From Macrostomum lignano (Eukaryota), in assembly GCA_002269645.1 (NCBI GenBank), contig NIVC01000227.1, forward strand, positions 496,001 through 560,000: a stretch of 64,000 bases of DNA, given 5' to 3'. The notes below the pieces were generated by a model. That model had not been told where the DNA came from. It did not search any database and worked only from the letters and a program-made list of their open reading frames with translations. A program made the translations under genes and the position numbers. Below are positions 11,857 to 25,540 of this stretch, piece by piece; within the stretch, counting starts at the first letter, position 1, and each line of letters starts with the position of its first letter.

Positions 11857-12327
11857 CTTGTATAGGTCGACCCCGCGGCCGCTCAGCCCTTCGTCACCGG
11901 TGGCGCCAGCCGCGAGCAGCCGGGCGCAGTGGCGCCTCTCCTGAGCCAGCTGGGTGAGCCGTGCCTCCAGCTTGGCATTGATGGATTTCAGCTCTCGGAT
12001 GAAATTCTCATAGTGCCAGGCCAGCTCCGAAGCCGCGCTCGCCTTCTCCAGAGCCTCGGACAGCTGCTCCCGCAGTTGAGCAGTTTCAGCCGAGTCCGCT
12101 TCCGCTTCCCCTGGTTCAGATTGCACTTCCGGGTTTGCCTCCTCCTCCTCTTTCTCTTCTTCCTCTTCCCTGTAGTCCGTGAACTGTTTCTGAAGCTTGT
12201 ATTCCCCATCAGCGTCGCTTCCGGTTAACTGCAGCGTCAACTTCCGGTGCCGCTCCAGCTCCTCCATGGCTTTAGACATCGAGCTCTGCGATTGGGATGG
12301 GAGCTGATTGAAGTGGCGATTTGCGTG
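11857..12327 (-). CDS. Coiled-coil / zinc-finger protein, exon 2
   Basis: Acceptor tatctcag|, donor AAG|gtgggc; 471 nt, phase 0-0. Acidic tract followed by heptad-rich AQLREQLSEALEKA...LKSINAKLEARLTQLAQE. Confidence 0.75.
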
Positions 12328-12354
12328 CTGAGATAAAGGGAGGGGAGGAGAGAC

Positions 12355-13262
12355 TGGGAGAGTGAGGGAGAGTGATGGGGAGAGTGATGGGGAGAGTGAT
12401 GGGGAGAGTGATGGGAAGAGTGATGGGGAGAGTGATGGGGAGAGTGATGGGGAGAGTGATGGGGAGAGTGATGGGGAGAGTGATGGGAAGAGTGATGGGG
12501 AGAGTGATGGGGAGAGTGATGGGGAGAGTGATGGGGAGAGCGATGGGGAGAGTGATGGGGAGAGTGATGGGGAGAGTGATGGGGGAGAGTGATGGGGAGA
12601 ATGAGGGGGAGAGTGATGGGGAGAATGATGGGGAGAGTGATGGAGAGAGTGATGGGGAGAGTGATGAGGAAAATGATGGGGAGAGTGATGGGGAGAGTGA
12701 TGGGGAGAGTGAGGGAGAGTGATGGGGAGAGTGATGGAGAGAGTGATGGGGAGAGTGATGGGGAGAATGATGGGGAGAGTGATGGGGAGAGTGATGGGGA
12801 GAGTGATGGAGAGAGTGATGGGGAGAGTGATGGGGAGAATGATGGGGAGAGTGATGGGGAGAGTGATAGGGAGAGTGATGGGGAGAGTGATGGGGAGAGT
12901 GATGGGGAGAGTGATGGGGAGAGTGATGGGGAGAGTGATGGGGAGAATGATGAGGAGAATGATGGGGAGAGTGATGGGGAGAGTGATGGGGAGAGTGAGG
13001 GAGAGTGATGGGGAGAGTGATGGGGAGAGTGATGGAGAGAGTGATGGGGAGAGTGATGGGGAGAATAATGGGGAGAATGATGGGGAGAGTGATAGGGAGA
13101 GTGATGGGGAGAGTGATGGGGAGAGTGATGGGGAGAGTGATGGGGAGAGTGATGGGGAGAATGATGAGGAGAATGATGGGGAGAGTGATGGGGAGAGTGA
13201 TGGGGAGAGTGAGGGAGAGTGATGGGGAGAGTGATGGGGAGAGTGATGGGGGACAGTGAGGG
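12355..13262. repeat. 12 bp intronic minisatellite (ggggagagtgat)
   Basis: About 70 copies; source of the SPSL / TLPI / MGRV / DGES ORFs. Confidence 0.95.
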
Positions 13263-13326
13263 AGAATAAAGGAATGAGGGTAGAGCTCACGGAGAATTAT
13301 GCGAAGGATCCCCAGTCAAGGCTCAC

Positions 13327-13491
13327 CCTCCAGCCGTTCCTCTCGTGCTGCAGCTGTGTCTGCAGAAAATTGCCCATCATCAGCCTGTCCAGGTCGTCCA
13401 GCTTCTTTGACAAGCTGGGATTTGAAGCCAAAAACTCGTCGGTTTTTCGACGCAAATCGCCATCGATGCTGTGCCGCTCTGAGGCCGGCAT
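13327..13491 (-). CDS. Coiled-coil / zinc-finger protein, probable first coding exon
   Basis: ATG at 13491, MPASERHSIDGDLRRKTDEFLASNPSLSKKLDDLDRLMM..., donor AGG|gtgagc at 13326, phase 0 matching exon 2. Total model about 537 aa. Confidence 0.6.
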
Positions 13492-13984
13492 GGCTGTTGC
13501 CAGTTCGAATTTGGCTCAACAGCAGCAACAGACCGGGGATAGCAACAGGCTCGCCTGAGCGCCTGAGCGCTTTTTTATTAACCTGCGATAAAACAAACGA
13601 GACAGAAAATGAGCGACTGGCAGAGTGGGTGCACTTGTGTCTGCCTGCTCAAGCCACTCGATGTAGCCACTCGTATGCGAGCATGCAGCTTTCTGCTCTC
13701 TTACCCGGCTCTCAACGCTCTGAGCTGCTCTCTCTCTCTCTCTCTCTCTCTCAAGCCGAGCAGAAATACAGTGTCAGACAGAGCGCGGATCGGCTGCGGG
13801 ACTCTGCATGCTGTTGCAGAGAATTCAATGGCTGGAGCAGCTACCCACCGCATGATTGTCATTGAGCGCCTTTGTGAGAAACAAGAATTGGCTCGAGATT
13901 TTTTAGAGTTCTTCAAGTTGTAACTGTTTAAGCTGCGAACTGTACAGCTGAATTACGGTGGGGCCACCGGTGCGCTTGGCAGGT

Positions 13985-14495
<511 letters not shown>

Positions 14496-16901
14496 GCAGA
14501 TCCATATAGCTGCCAGTCAGACCCACCGGCTATTTTACTTAATTTTAACTTACAGGCCTTTGTATTTTAGATACAGTTTCCAAGTGATAAGTTGATATCG
14601 AATATGTACTCGTAAACAATTGCCGGAAAGAATGAAAGTTAATTGAAGAAACTTCAAGGGCCAAGCAACAATCGAAATAGTAAAAAATTACTTTTGGTTT
14701 TGGGCATCATTATTTTTTCATGCCAAACAGCTGAAATAAAAGAGAAGTGAACATAATTTTCCAACTCCTTTTAAACTGATATTTATTCAAAAATTTCCTA
14801 AAATTACTAAACTGGAAAATTTCTAGAATGTAGCTCCGTCGTAGCCCTCCACCAGTCTCCTCGTCTCATCGTTCGTCGACTGCGCCCTCCCATCTCGTCA
14901 ACTGTCGACCGGAGCAGTCTCATCCCATCTCATCTCGTCTCGACTGTCTGCCGGTGCTCCTTCATCTACATGTAGTCGTCGCTCATCGTCTGCCGGGGGT
15001 GCGTCCTGCGGTGTCCTCGGTCTCTCTCGGTTTCAAATTCTCGGCCGGGGCGCCTCGGGGCTCGCCTGCCGGATCGTCTCTTCGCTCATCGCCTGCCAGA
15101 TCGCCTCGTTAATTCGTCATTCAATTTTTTCTTTCACCATGTAGTCACAATGTAAAAAATTTAATTAATTTTTTAGGGGGGAGGGTAGATGTAGTCAGTT
15201 TTCATTTGGTTGTAACAATTCATTCATTAAAATCGCACACGTGAAATTTCTTGGTCAAATTTGCATTCACTCTAGTCTCCACAGGTTTTGTATTGAAATT
15301 CTTAGTCGTATTTGTACACCATTGTTAAATTTGCTTTAAAGTTGTTTCTTGAACTCTAATTCATAATTCTATTGGTACTCGAAAATTCAAAAAAATGTTC
15401 CATTTTTTGGGGGGAGTGTCGCGACTTTCCTAGTCATTTCTTAGTTCACCTTCACTTGTCTCTGTTTACTCCGTTTTCTCTCTCTCTGTCTAGCTCAATC
15501 TTGTTATTCTTATCTCTCTCTCTCCCTTGCTGCCTTCTGATTGGTTCTCCATTCTCGCCTCTCTATTTAGTCGCGCACTCCACCCCTCTCTTTATTATCT
15601 GCAATTCAAACCCCCTAAGTTAATGTCTGGTATAAATATACTTGTTTGGGCCCTGCGCCCACTTACTGGCTTATCTTAGATTCAATTTAACTCCAAGTAA
15701 CTCTCTAGTCTTTAGTTTAGTATTTTTTCTACATAGCTTTGCTGTGGATAAATAGATTGAGGGCTTTAGAGCATAATTATGCACAGCTAGTCAGAAATCG
15801 ACTTTACATTCACGATATTTTTCACGAGTTTAGCTGATTAGAAGTGTTAATTAACGGACGATTTTTAAAAATGGAACGACTTTGCTTCTTTCCAGATCCA
15901 AAACGTTTTCAGGTTATCCAACAGTTGTTTCAGCTGTATTCATGCGATTTTGTTAGTTTGAATCACAGATTCGAAAATAACTAGATGGGCCACTCAGTCA
16001 CTCAGTAAAACAACTTTCTACTTTTTTAATTCAGTAGCAAAGAAGAAAAAGTATCTATTTTTTAAAAAAGGCATCTGAATTGAAATTGAAATGACTTTTG
16101 TAAGTTTAGAAGCCCAAGCTTGCAGGCGTAAACAATTTGCTAATTGGTTCAGCAATAATGTACATTGGCCACTGAATGTACATGGCAGCTTTAGGCTTGA
16201 ACTCCGAGAAAGGCAAGAAAAATTGGGGCGGGCGGACGGGGTAGTGTGGAAAAGCGCGGTTGGAGGGTTTAAGCTGGGGGGGGGTAAGAGCCAATAAATG
16301 AGCCTTGGCTTTAAAAATACATAAAGATGGTTCTGTTTAACTTGCTACTGAACTGAAATTAGTTTACACGCAAATGTGATGAGTGGCTCATCTAGTTATT
16401 CTATAGTATCTGTGGTGGTCTATATATAGTTTCATTGTTGCGCATTCTTGTCATTCGAATCGCCTCGTGACTCGTCGTCTGGGTCTCCTCGATTGTCCCC
16501 TCTACCGTCTTGACTGTCTTACTGCCGACCGCTTTGTCTTTGAAGGCTGATCTGCCTAAAAATATCCAAGTGACGCAGATGCCTGCCCACTATAGTGTTC
16601 CTTGAGTTGTACGCGGTTGCCTTGAAGCGGAGAACGGAGCATGGTGCTTTGTGTTCGATTTGGACCAGTGCAAATTGGATTTAGACATCCATTGCGCAAT
16701 CGCTAGCATCCAGGAGTTTTCTATTCAAGCATATAGTTTGAAGCTTGCATTTACCTGCTAATATATAATTAGCTACCGTAAATCATGTCAGCCAGGTGCG
16801 ATGGCATAGACACCTGCATTCTGATGACTGCAGCGCTTGTTAAAAGATTTTCTCCCCTAACGTTTCTATTTCATTTTTGCTACTAACTAGAAATTGGGTG
16901 C

Positions 16902-18193
16902 TCAAAAGAGTGAATAGAGGTCATTTCCTTTCCCAATAATAAACAAGCGACCCCCCATCTCTTGTGCACTCACATTGCTCATCCAGAGTCTTGCGCAAAG
17001 GGAGCCGGAAGCCAAGGCCAGAATCATTTGCTGCTTCGTCACTTTGAAGCCGCACAGGTGCTTCTCAAACAAAGACACAACCGGCCCGATTTCATTAACC
17101 AGCTTCGGGCAGTCGACTATTTGGCCGTTTGCTGCTGTGACACCCAGGCAGCGAGTCTGCACAAGCTTGTCCACAGCCAGCGACTTGGCCGAAGCCACCG
17201 TCAGGGAGTTGTCGTCGCCCTCCGGACACCGAATATAGCCCAGAGATGCACCTGCCGCCTCTTCCAGCTCTGGTGTGGCAAGCTGACCCATTTTGAAGAG
17301 AGCAGCGGCTCTGAGGTAGGCTTTGCCGACCTGAGCGCTGTCTGGAATCTGGCGCTCAACGTCCGACAAAAGTTGAGTCAATCTGCCAGACCGAGACCCG
17401 ACCGGAGCTTCACTCTTGATGCTTAACCAAAGCTCAGTTGCCGTCTGCATTGTGGAAGCGTATTTTGTCAAGCTGAAATCACTGCATTCCAGTAACTCTA
17501 CTGCTAGAAGGTAGTAAGAGAGAAACGAAAGGAGAATCACGTTGACCTCAAATTTAGGCAGAGACTCTCTGAACGGTTTCAGGTCGCTGAGCAGGTTGTC
17601 TGCTGACTGACGGACGGCTGCTACAATCCTCGATTTTGAGTCGTGCTCTCGCTTGAAGAACACTCTGGCGTCACGCAAGAAAAAATGTCTCATGCAGGCG
17701 TCCTCGGAGTCTGAGCTCTCCATCATTGCCACGAGAATTTCCAGCGACTGCTGCACCAGCGCCAGCAGGTTGTCCGACTTCCAGTCCTTCGCCGGTGTCT
17801 CGTCGAGCATGTAGAACAGCAAGTTTTTGCCAACGTACGTCTTCAGACCGCTCACTCTGCTGCCGATCACCCTCTTGATGAGGAACTTGACGAGGATGAA
17901 GAACTGACCCTGCACGGTGGTGAGATGCTGCATGACGGACCTTTCCAGCAGGGTTGTGCTCACTCGAAGTCGGCTGCCCTCTAGACCGGGCGGCGCACTG
18001 CTGACGGCGTGGCACCTTGGCGACTCGCCCAGCACCTCTTCTCTGAGCGCCCTCATGATGTCATCGGAAATGCAAGTCCTGTATCCGGGCCGCAGCAGCT
18101 CGATGTGAGGGTAGCCGCAGCAGGAATGCGCCAAAATCAGGTCTATTGCAGGCAACATCCGCGACACTTCCAATGCGATATTCGGCGCTAAAA
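16902..18193 (-). CDS. Mab-21 / cGAS-like receptor, exon 2 (C-terminal helical lobe)
   Basis: Acceptors atgcag| (18193) or ttttag| (18187) both fit phase 1. IDLILA (third acid), CHAV, RLRVSTTLLERSVMQHLTTVQGQFFILVKFLIK, LKTYVGKNLLFYMLDETP..W, HFF are typical Mab-21 blocks. The 3' end is uncertain: a GTGAGT donor at 16973 may lead to further exons. Confidence 0.85.
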
Positions 18194-18283
18194 CTGCATT
18201 TTCAGGACACATGTAGATGGTACATTTTATTTCTGTCCAATTTCCAATGCATTAGTATGAGATTTTAACGAGAATTTCCTTAC

Positions 18284-18719
18284 TGCGAACGCGCGCCTTG
18301 ACGTGTCCGTCCTCGTACTCCGCAGGCTCAGTCATCTCGCAGTCGTTGTGTTGAAATTCGGCCTGCTGGCCGTCAGCGACTTGCGGGTGAATGTGGATTT
18401 GCTGGCTCGCGTCTGTCATGATGTACGTCAGGTCGATGTCGGAATCTGGTGCGACGTCTCCATTGATGCAGCAAAGGTTGGCGCCGAAGATGTGGAAGCT
18501 TTTAGCCAGCAATCGGATCAGCTCCTCAGCTGCCATTGCGAGGCCGCTCTGCACCGCTGCGTTTGTTGAGCGAAACCCGGCAGTCGCCATGGCTGAGGAC
18601 AGCGATCGGCTGTGAGCTGCGAGGTCGTGCGCCATATTTAAATACCTCTCGTATAGGGACTTGCGAAGTTTTTCTTTGGAACAATTTTTGTTGCCTTTTG
18701 TTGTCAAACTTTTATACAT
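18284..18719 (-). CDS. Mab-21 / cGAS-like receptor (cGLR) nucleotidyltransferase, exon 1
   Basis: Contains FHIFGA-x13-DIDL (NTase hG[GS]...DhDh-like motif; DID at 18432-18440). Donor CGCA|gtaagg at 18283, phase 1. Start could be ATG 18719 or 18635. Confidence 0.75.
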
Positions 18720-18938
18720 TTATAGAGCTCTAGCTTTGCTCACAAATACAGAGTTGGATTGTACAGTATTTGGAATCCAGTGCTCAATTTCGGGTTATTT
18801 ACCTGTAACTGGCAACAGTCCTATTTTTCGAGTGCTTCGCTCAAAACGCGGGCTTAATATGCAAAGGTTCCTTGCTGAGAGTGCATTAGCATATTCAGGG
18901 CCCCTGTTCGCTCTGATCAGCATTGGCCAACTTCAAAA

Positions 18939-19900
<962 letters not shown>

Positions 19901-20414
19901 CTCTTAGTATGTCTGTACACCTGCTAGGTAAATGTTTTTGAATAAAATCTGTTTTTCTACTGAGTTCAAATCGAATCAACGTTAGTGAGCTAATTTTCGT
20001 ATTCTGCTGCCAAGATGCGTTTAAATTGAAACATGGTGCTTCATCTAAGTACTGATATATGCAAAGGCCACATAACGACTTTAGCGGCATGAAAGTTCTA
20101 CCAGCATAATATTGCTAATTCCCATCAGTAGCAGCTGGCCCCAGTGCTCAGATAGCTCAGGCAGATGAGAATTGGGAATAGACCAGGAACGGGGAGAAAA
20201 ACTGGATTTGATGGATGAGACAGCAGGATGTGCAGGCGGTGGAAAGGAAACCAGGTAGAGGAAATAAGAAGGTGGGAATGTGCGCTGAATCAATGAGGTG
20301 TGGATTCACACATGGCTCCTGTGCTACTGGAACTCCTTGAGAGGAAATATTGATGCAGAAATATTGGAGAGAAGCTATTTTAGGCAGAGAAGCGAAGAGA
20401 TTGCGGGAGCAGGG

Positions 20415-21430
20415 AAGAGGAGGGTGAGATGGAGAGGAGGGTGAGACGGAGAGGAGGGAGGGTGAGACGGAGAGAGGGTGAGACGGAGAGGAGGGTGAGA
20501 CGGAGAGGAGGGTGAGACGGAGAGGAGGGTGAGACGGAGAGGAGGGTGAGACGGAGAGGAGGGTGAGACGGAGAGGAGGGTGAGACGGAGAGGAGGGTGA
20601 GACGGAGAGGAGGGTGAGACGGAGAGGAGGGTGAGACGGAGAGGAGGGTGAGACGGAGAGGAGGGTGAGACGGAGAGGAGGGTGAGACGGAGAGGAGGGT
20701 GAGACGGAGAGGAGGGTGAGACGGAGAGGAGGGTGAGACGGAGAGGAGGGTGAGACGGAGAGGAGGGAGGATGAGACGGAGAGGAGGGTGAGACGGAGAG
20801 GAGGGTGAGACGGAGAGGAGGGAGGGTGAGACGGAGAGGAGGGAGGGTGAGACGGAGAGGAGGGTGAGACGGAGAGGAGGGTGAGACGGAGAGGAGGGTG
20901 AGACGGAGAGGAGGGTGAGACGGAGAGGAGGGAGGATGAGACGGAGAGGAGGGTGAGACGGAGAGGAGGGTGAGACGGAGAGGAGGGTGAGACGGAGAGG
21001 AGGGAGGGTGAGACGGAGAGGAGGGTGAGACGGAGAGGAGGGTGAGACGGAGAGGAGGGTGAGACGGAGAGGAGGGTGAGACGGAGAGGAGGGAGGGTGA
21101 GACGGAGAGGAGGGAGGGTGAGACGGAGAGGAGGGAGGGTGAGACGGAGAGGAGGGTGAGACGGAGAGGAGGGTGAGACGGAGAGGAGGGTGAGACGGAG
21201 AGGAGGGTGAGACGGAGAGGAGGGAGGGTGAGACGGAGAGGAGGGAGGGTGAGACGGAGAGGAGGGAGGGTGAGACGGAGAGGAGGGTGAGACGGAGAGG
21301 AGGGTGAGACGGAGAGGAGGGTGAGACGGAGAGGAGGGTGAGACGGAGAGGAGGGTGAGACGGAGAGGAGGGTGAGACGGAGAGGAGAGTGATACGGAGA
21401 GGAGGGTGAGACGAAGAAAAGGGTGAGATG
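20415..21430. repeat. 17/21 bp purine-rich minisatellite (gagggtgagacggagag)
   Basis: About 55 copies. Confidence 0.95.
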
Positions 21431-22482
21431 GAACGCAGGGTGGGACAGAGAAGGGGTGATAAATGAGATGCATGCAAATAGATATCTCACTCACAACTCT
21501 TACCCAGCAAGTATGGACAGGCAGTCACTTTGCCGAGGCCCTCAAATAGAATTAGCTAATTAGTGATTCCCGAGAACCAACTATCTGAAGCCTCAAACAG
21601 CGAAGCAGATGTCACTGGAGCTTCTTTTAGTCCCTCACTCAACTCTCCTGGGCTGATCCAATCGGGACTAGCTGGAGCTGTCTGAGTTGTTCCAGAAAGT
21701 CCACTCTGCATCTCTCTGTCCATTCAGAAGCCCCTAGCAATGGCTGCGTCTTCCCAGCAACCGGCGACAATTGCATCTCTGTGAGCTGAAGTCCGGCATG
21801 CGGTGCCCTGTCCCAGAGATTATTAATTAGTGGGGGCCTATGCAGGATAATGGGGAACTCGTTGTCTCCTCTGCAGTGTGTCTGCCTCTTTGCGCGCGCT
21901 CATTAATTAATTAGACGCGGCTCCTCTCGTTCGAGAACGGCTCGAAAATTCGATATCGAAGCGAGTCCGCGGTCTGGCTGCTCTGAGCCGCTGAGTAGCC
22001 TCTGAGCCTCTTCATTCTCAACTGAGCTGGGCTTGATGCAGGTGAGGAATGAGTTGCCTAGAGGGGTGCAGCAAAGTGGAAACGGCAACTCTCTCTCTCT
22101 CAGCTACAGGGGCTTCTCTCTTCCCGATCTCCTCTGCTCAGCCTGCAGCTTCCCTCAGCTCCATGCAGCCTCTCTTCTGCATCGCCCCCAGCCTCAGCTC
22201 CTCCCCTGAATGGCCCGCGGTGCTCCAGTCTTTTTCATCCTGTCTCTCCGTCTCAACTGAACTAACGGAGAGCCTGCATGGGAGAAGCATAAAATCCCCC
22301 CCCCCCAACTCAGACAGACAGACAGGCTAGCAGTCCATGCAGCGGAGCTTCTGCCCTCCCCTCTCTACACAATAAATTTAGGAAGGAAGCAACAGCTGCG
22401 GTTGAATACAAGAGTGACACGGGGAGTGAATAGATAGAGTGATCTATAAACGTAAGGCGTAAACAGCTCAGAGTGACCAGTT

Positions 22483-22692
22483 CAACGGATAGTGACCAGG
22501 TCAACTGATAGTGACCAGTTCAACTCAGGGTGACCGCAGTTCAACTCAGAGTGAGTGACGAGATCAATTCAGCGTGACCAGTTCAACCCAGAGTGACCAG
22601 TTCAACCCAGAGTGACCAGTTCAACCCAGAGTGACCAGTTCAACCCAGAGTGACCAGTTCAACCCAGAGTGACCAGTTCAACTCAGAGTGAT
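22483..22692. repeat. 19 bp minisatellite (agagtgaccagttcaaccc)
   Basis: About 10 copies just upstream of the TM-protein start. Confidence 0.85.
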
Positions 22693-22744
22693 CAGATAAA
22701 CACAGGAGTGCCCAGACTGCCTTCTAGATCCCTCCGTCAGCAAA

Positions 22745-23440
22745 ATGAGCAAATCTCGCCCAAACCGCCGGCCCCGCATTCTGTGCTACGATCAGCGCTA
22801 CTTCTGCCGCATGACACTGTGGCTGGAGCTGATGGTGGGCATCATCATGACCATCCTGGGCCTCTTCATCCTGCTGCTCAGCATGGAGTCGCTCAAAGCG
22901 GGCGACTACGCCGCCGTGTACTTCTGCTCCTCCTTCATCGTGCTGGGCGTGGCCCTGCTGCTGGTGTACTACATTCACTACTACGCGCTGAAGCTCTCCG
23001 TCAAGCGGCAAGTCCAGAAGCTGGACGCCAGCATCAAGTCGGATCAGGACGCGCTGGCGGCGCTGGCCAGGCGGGGCCTGCAGTTCTCCAAGTTCGCGGC
23101 GGTCAGGCAGACGCAGTCAACGAATTCTACCGACGCCACCGCTGAGGCGGCCGATCCCGAGGACGCCATTGTGGCTGTACACGAGGCCGTTGCGGCGGAG
23201 TCTGGAACAGCAGGAGCTGCATGTTCATCTGCGATGTCGAACGCTGACGTCGCAACATCTCCTTCATCGGCAGTGCAGAGCTGGCATCGTCGCCAAGATT
23301 CTGTCGATAGAGACACCATTGTCAGATTTCCGCAGGCGAGTAAAGCTGCCGCGGGGGCGGCGGAAGACAGCGACGGAATGTCGAATGTCAGCCTGGCAGA
23401 TCTCAGTGCCATCTGGGAGACGCGGCAGACCACTGTTTGA
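22745..23440 (+). CDS. Uncharacterised two-pass membrane protein (231 aa, single coding exon)
   Basis: GC-rich ORF with exon-like codon usage and AAAATG start. Two hydrophobic segments (LWLELMVGIIMTILGLFILLLSM; AVYFCSSFIVLGVALLLVYYIHYY), then a short coiled coil and an Ala/Ser-rich tail ending ETRQTTV. Confidence 0.7.
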   Translation: MSKSRPNRRPRILCYDQRYFCRMTLWLELMVGIIMTILGLFILLLSMESLKAGDYAAVYFCSSFIVLGVALLLVYYIHYYALKLSVKRQVQKLDASIKSDQDALAALARRGLQFSKFAAVRQTQSTNSTDATAEAADPEDAIVAVHEAVAAESGTAGAACSSAMSNADVATSPSSAVQSWHRRQDSVDRDTIVRFPQASKAAAGAAEDSDGMSNVSLADLSAIWETRQTTV

Positions 23441-25540
23441 GTGCACAGCTGGGGCTGCTACGTGATGGTTTTAAAAACGCTTTTGTTAGTGCACTTACAT
23501 TGCACTTACCCCAGCAAAAAAGTCAATTAAGTCTAGAGAGTTTTCGTTAAGCAAAAATAATTTCAAATATCAAACGCCATTAAATTATCGCCGTTTAGCA
23601 ATCAAATAATTTTTAATTACACGTAACGATATAACTAAAGCATCATTGTTTGAATTACCGCCAATCTTTACTTCCGGAATTAAGAATGTCGTGCGGATCA
23701 TTTTATTGAGCTGACCTGCCCAGAATGATCAGTTGCCTTGTAAAGTTTTAGCTATAGACGAAAGACACTAAACATGTGTATTTAGGGAATTAAAAAATGT
23801 TAAAACTTATTGTCTACGAGCCTGTAGTCGTAATAAAATTTATATCGCAGGCGAAAGCCTAATTAATATAACTGACTCTTTGAGTTATAAATTGACGCAA
23901 GTTAATTTACGTTATATAAAGAAGCCTTATATGCCACGCGATGTGCATAGCTATGTAATTTGTCCTAGCTGATCCTCGTAATAAGATTGTTAAAATTCAA
24001 GCCTAGAATTTCTGCCAGTTGGGAAACATTTATAGCTATTCAATATATTACAGATTTTATTGCTCACGAGTTATGGTAAAAAGAAAAGTAACAATTTCAA
24101 TCTTTTTTATTTAAATTTTTTCGTTTTAAATAAATCAAAAGTAGCATATATAATTACGAGTACAGATATACTGTCATAAATGTATCAAATATCAAGCTAA
24201 AAAGATTTGTCGTAAGAGCTCAAAATGTTTCTATTTAAATATATACCATTTGTAAACAAATGCTTTGACTATAAAAACTATTTTAATTTGAAACCGAGTT
24301 ATTCCCACGTAACCTGTAATAATAAATAAAGTATCTAGCACATAATGCGACACGTGTTTAATATTTTAATTTTCTTGTATTCTACCGGATTTGTTTATAA
24401 TAGCAATTTGAAACGTGCTGTTAAAACAAATTGTTTTAATTTAAATTTGAAATCCTGTTAACTAATAGTCCCTAATATAATGTTCTGTTTGATACGAAAA
24501 CGTCTACTTACGTTCATTGTACGAGTCGCAGCAGGGTAGAAAAAACTTGCTCTCCTAATTCCCCGATAATCTCCAACCCTTATTTAGATTGTAGCTAGCT
24601 ATATGGCAAATATGCAAAATATATTACTTTTATGTGAAAAATACTTGCTGAACTATTGTCTGTCTGCAGAAGATTCATGCAATCAGAAATTTGTTAGAAA
24701 TTTTATAATTATTTCTTTTCTCAGGTACAATACATCAAAACGTACAGTGAGTGTCGTATTACATAAATACATGTATGTTGCATACCATGCCACATGTTTT
24801 GCGGGGACTATAGCAATTTCCGCTCAGTATAATAAACGCATGTATATAGATAACCAATCAGTTATAATTGTGTTAATTCTTGTAGAATATTCTCCCCAAA
24901 TAGGTCTTTTATTTGCACCTGTCTGCAATCTGCATGGGTATAATCGGTTGGTACAGTCGGAGTAAAATACCTGCATTAACGACCTAGATCTACATGCGCA
25001 GTTTTCCTGAAAAAAATTTTAATTTAAAAAAGTTTAGCGATCAGAGTCAAGAAGAGCTGCATGCGCACAGCAGGTCAGCCAGCTTATCTCCGATAAACTC
25101 AAGCCGAAAACCATGGTCAACTCCAAAGGGCCGCCCCGCTCAATTTGCGACTTAAGTGGAGCAGACATAATCTGAGAAATCCAAGCTTCTCTTGAATTGC
25201 TGCATCAGTGCACGGATGAGCACAGTTGGGAATGCCGGGCCTGCAGCATCTCCCCGCCGGGTCCCCCTGGGGCGGCGCGCGGTGAGGATCGAAATGTGAC
25301 CGGGCTGATTGATGACTCGGGTTGCTCAGCAGAGGCTTTAGCGAGAAGCAGCTGTGCGAACCAGTTGGCTGCGATCTCTGCTGAGATTTGTTGCGAGGTA
25401 TTGATAGAGTTTTTAGATATTGTAGCTTTTGCGAGGTTTGCTACTTTTAGTAGGAGTATCGCATCTTCAGTGGTAAATTCACAGATAATGCATCCAATTT
25501 TCATAGAAATTAAAATGGTTTTATGTGTCGAATGAGCGCA

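Noticed and set aside
10714-13290. 858 aa minus-strand ORF
   Set aside because: It reads through two repeat-filled introns (SPSL/TLPI and Pro/Ser/Leu tracts). Only the segments bounded by splice sites look like real coding sequence.
14820-15120. GC-rich segment with protein-like minus frame (INEAIWQAMSEETIRQ...)
   Set aside because: Several in-frame stops and no recognisable motif; cannot be assigned.
21540-22330. Exon-like GC-rich minus-strand fragments
   Set aside because: No consistent phase chain or recognisable domain.
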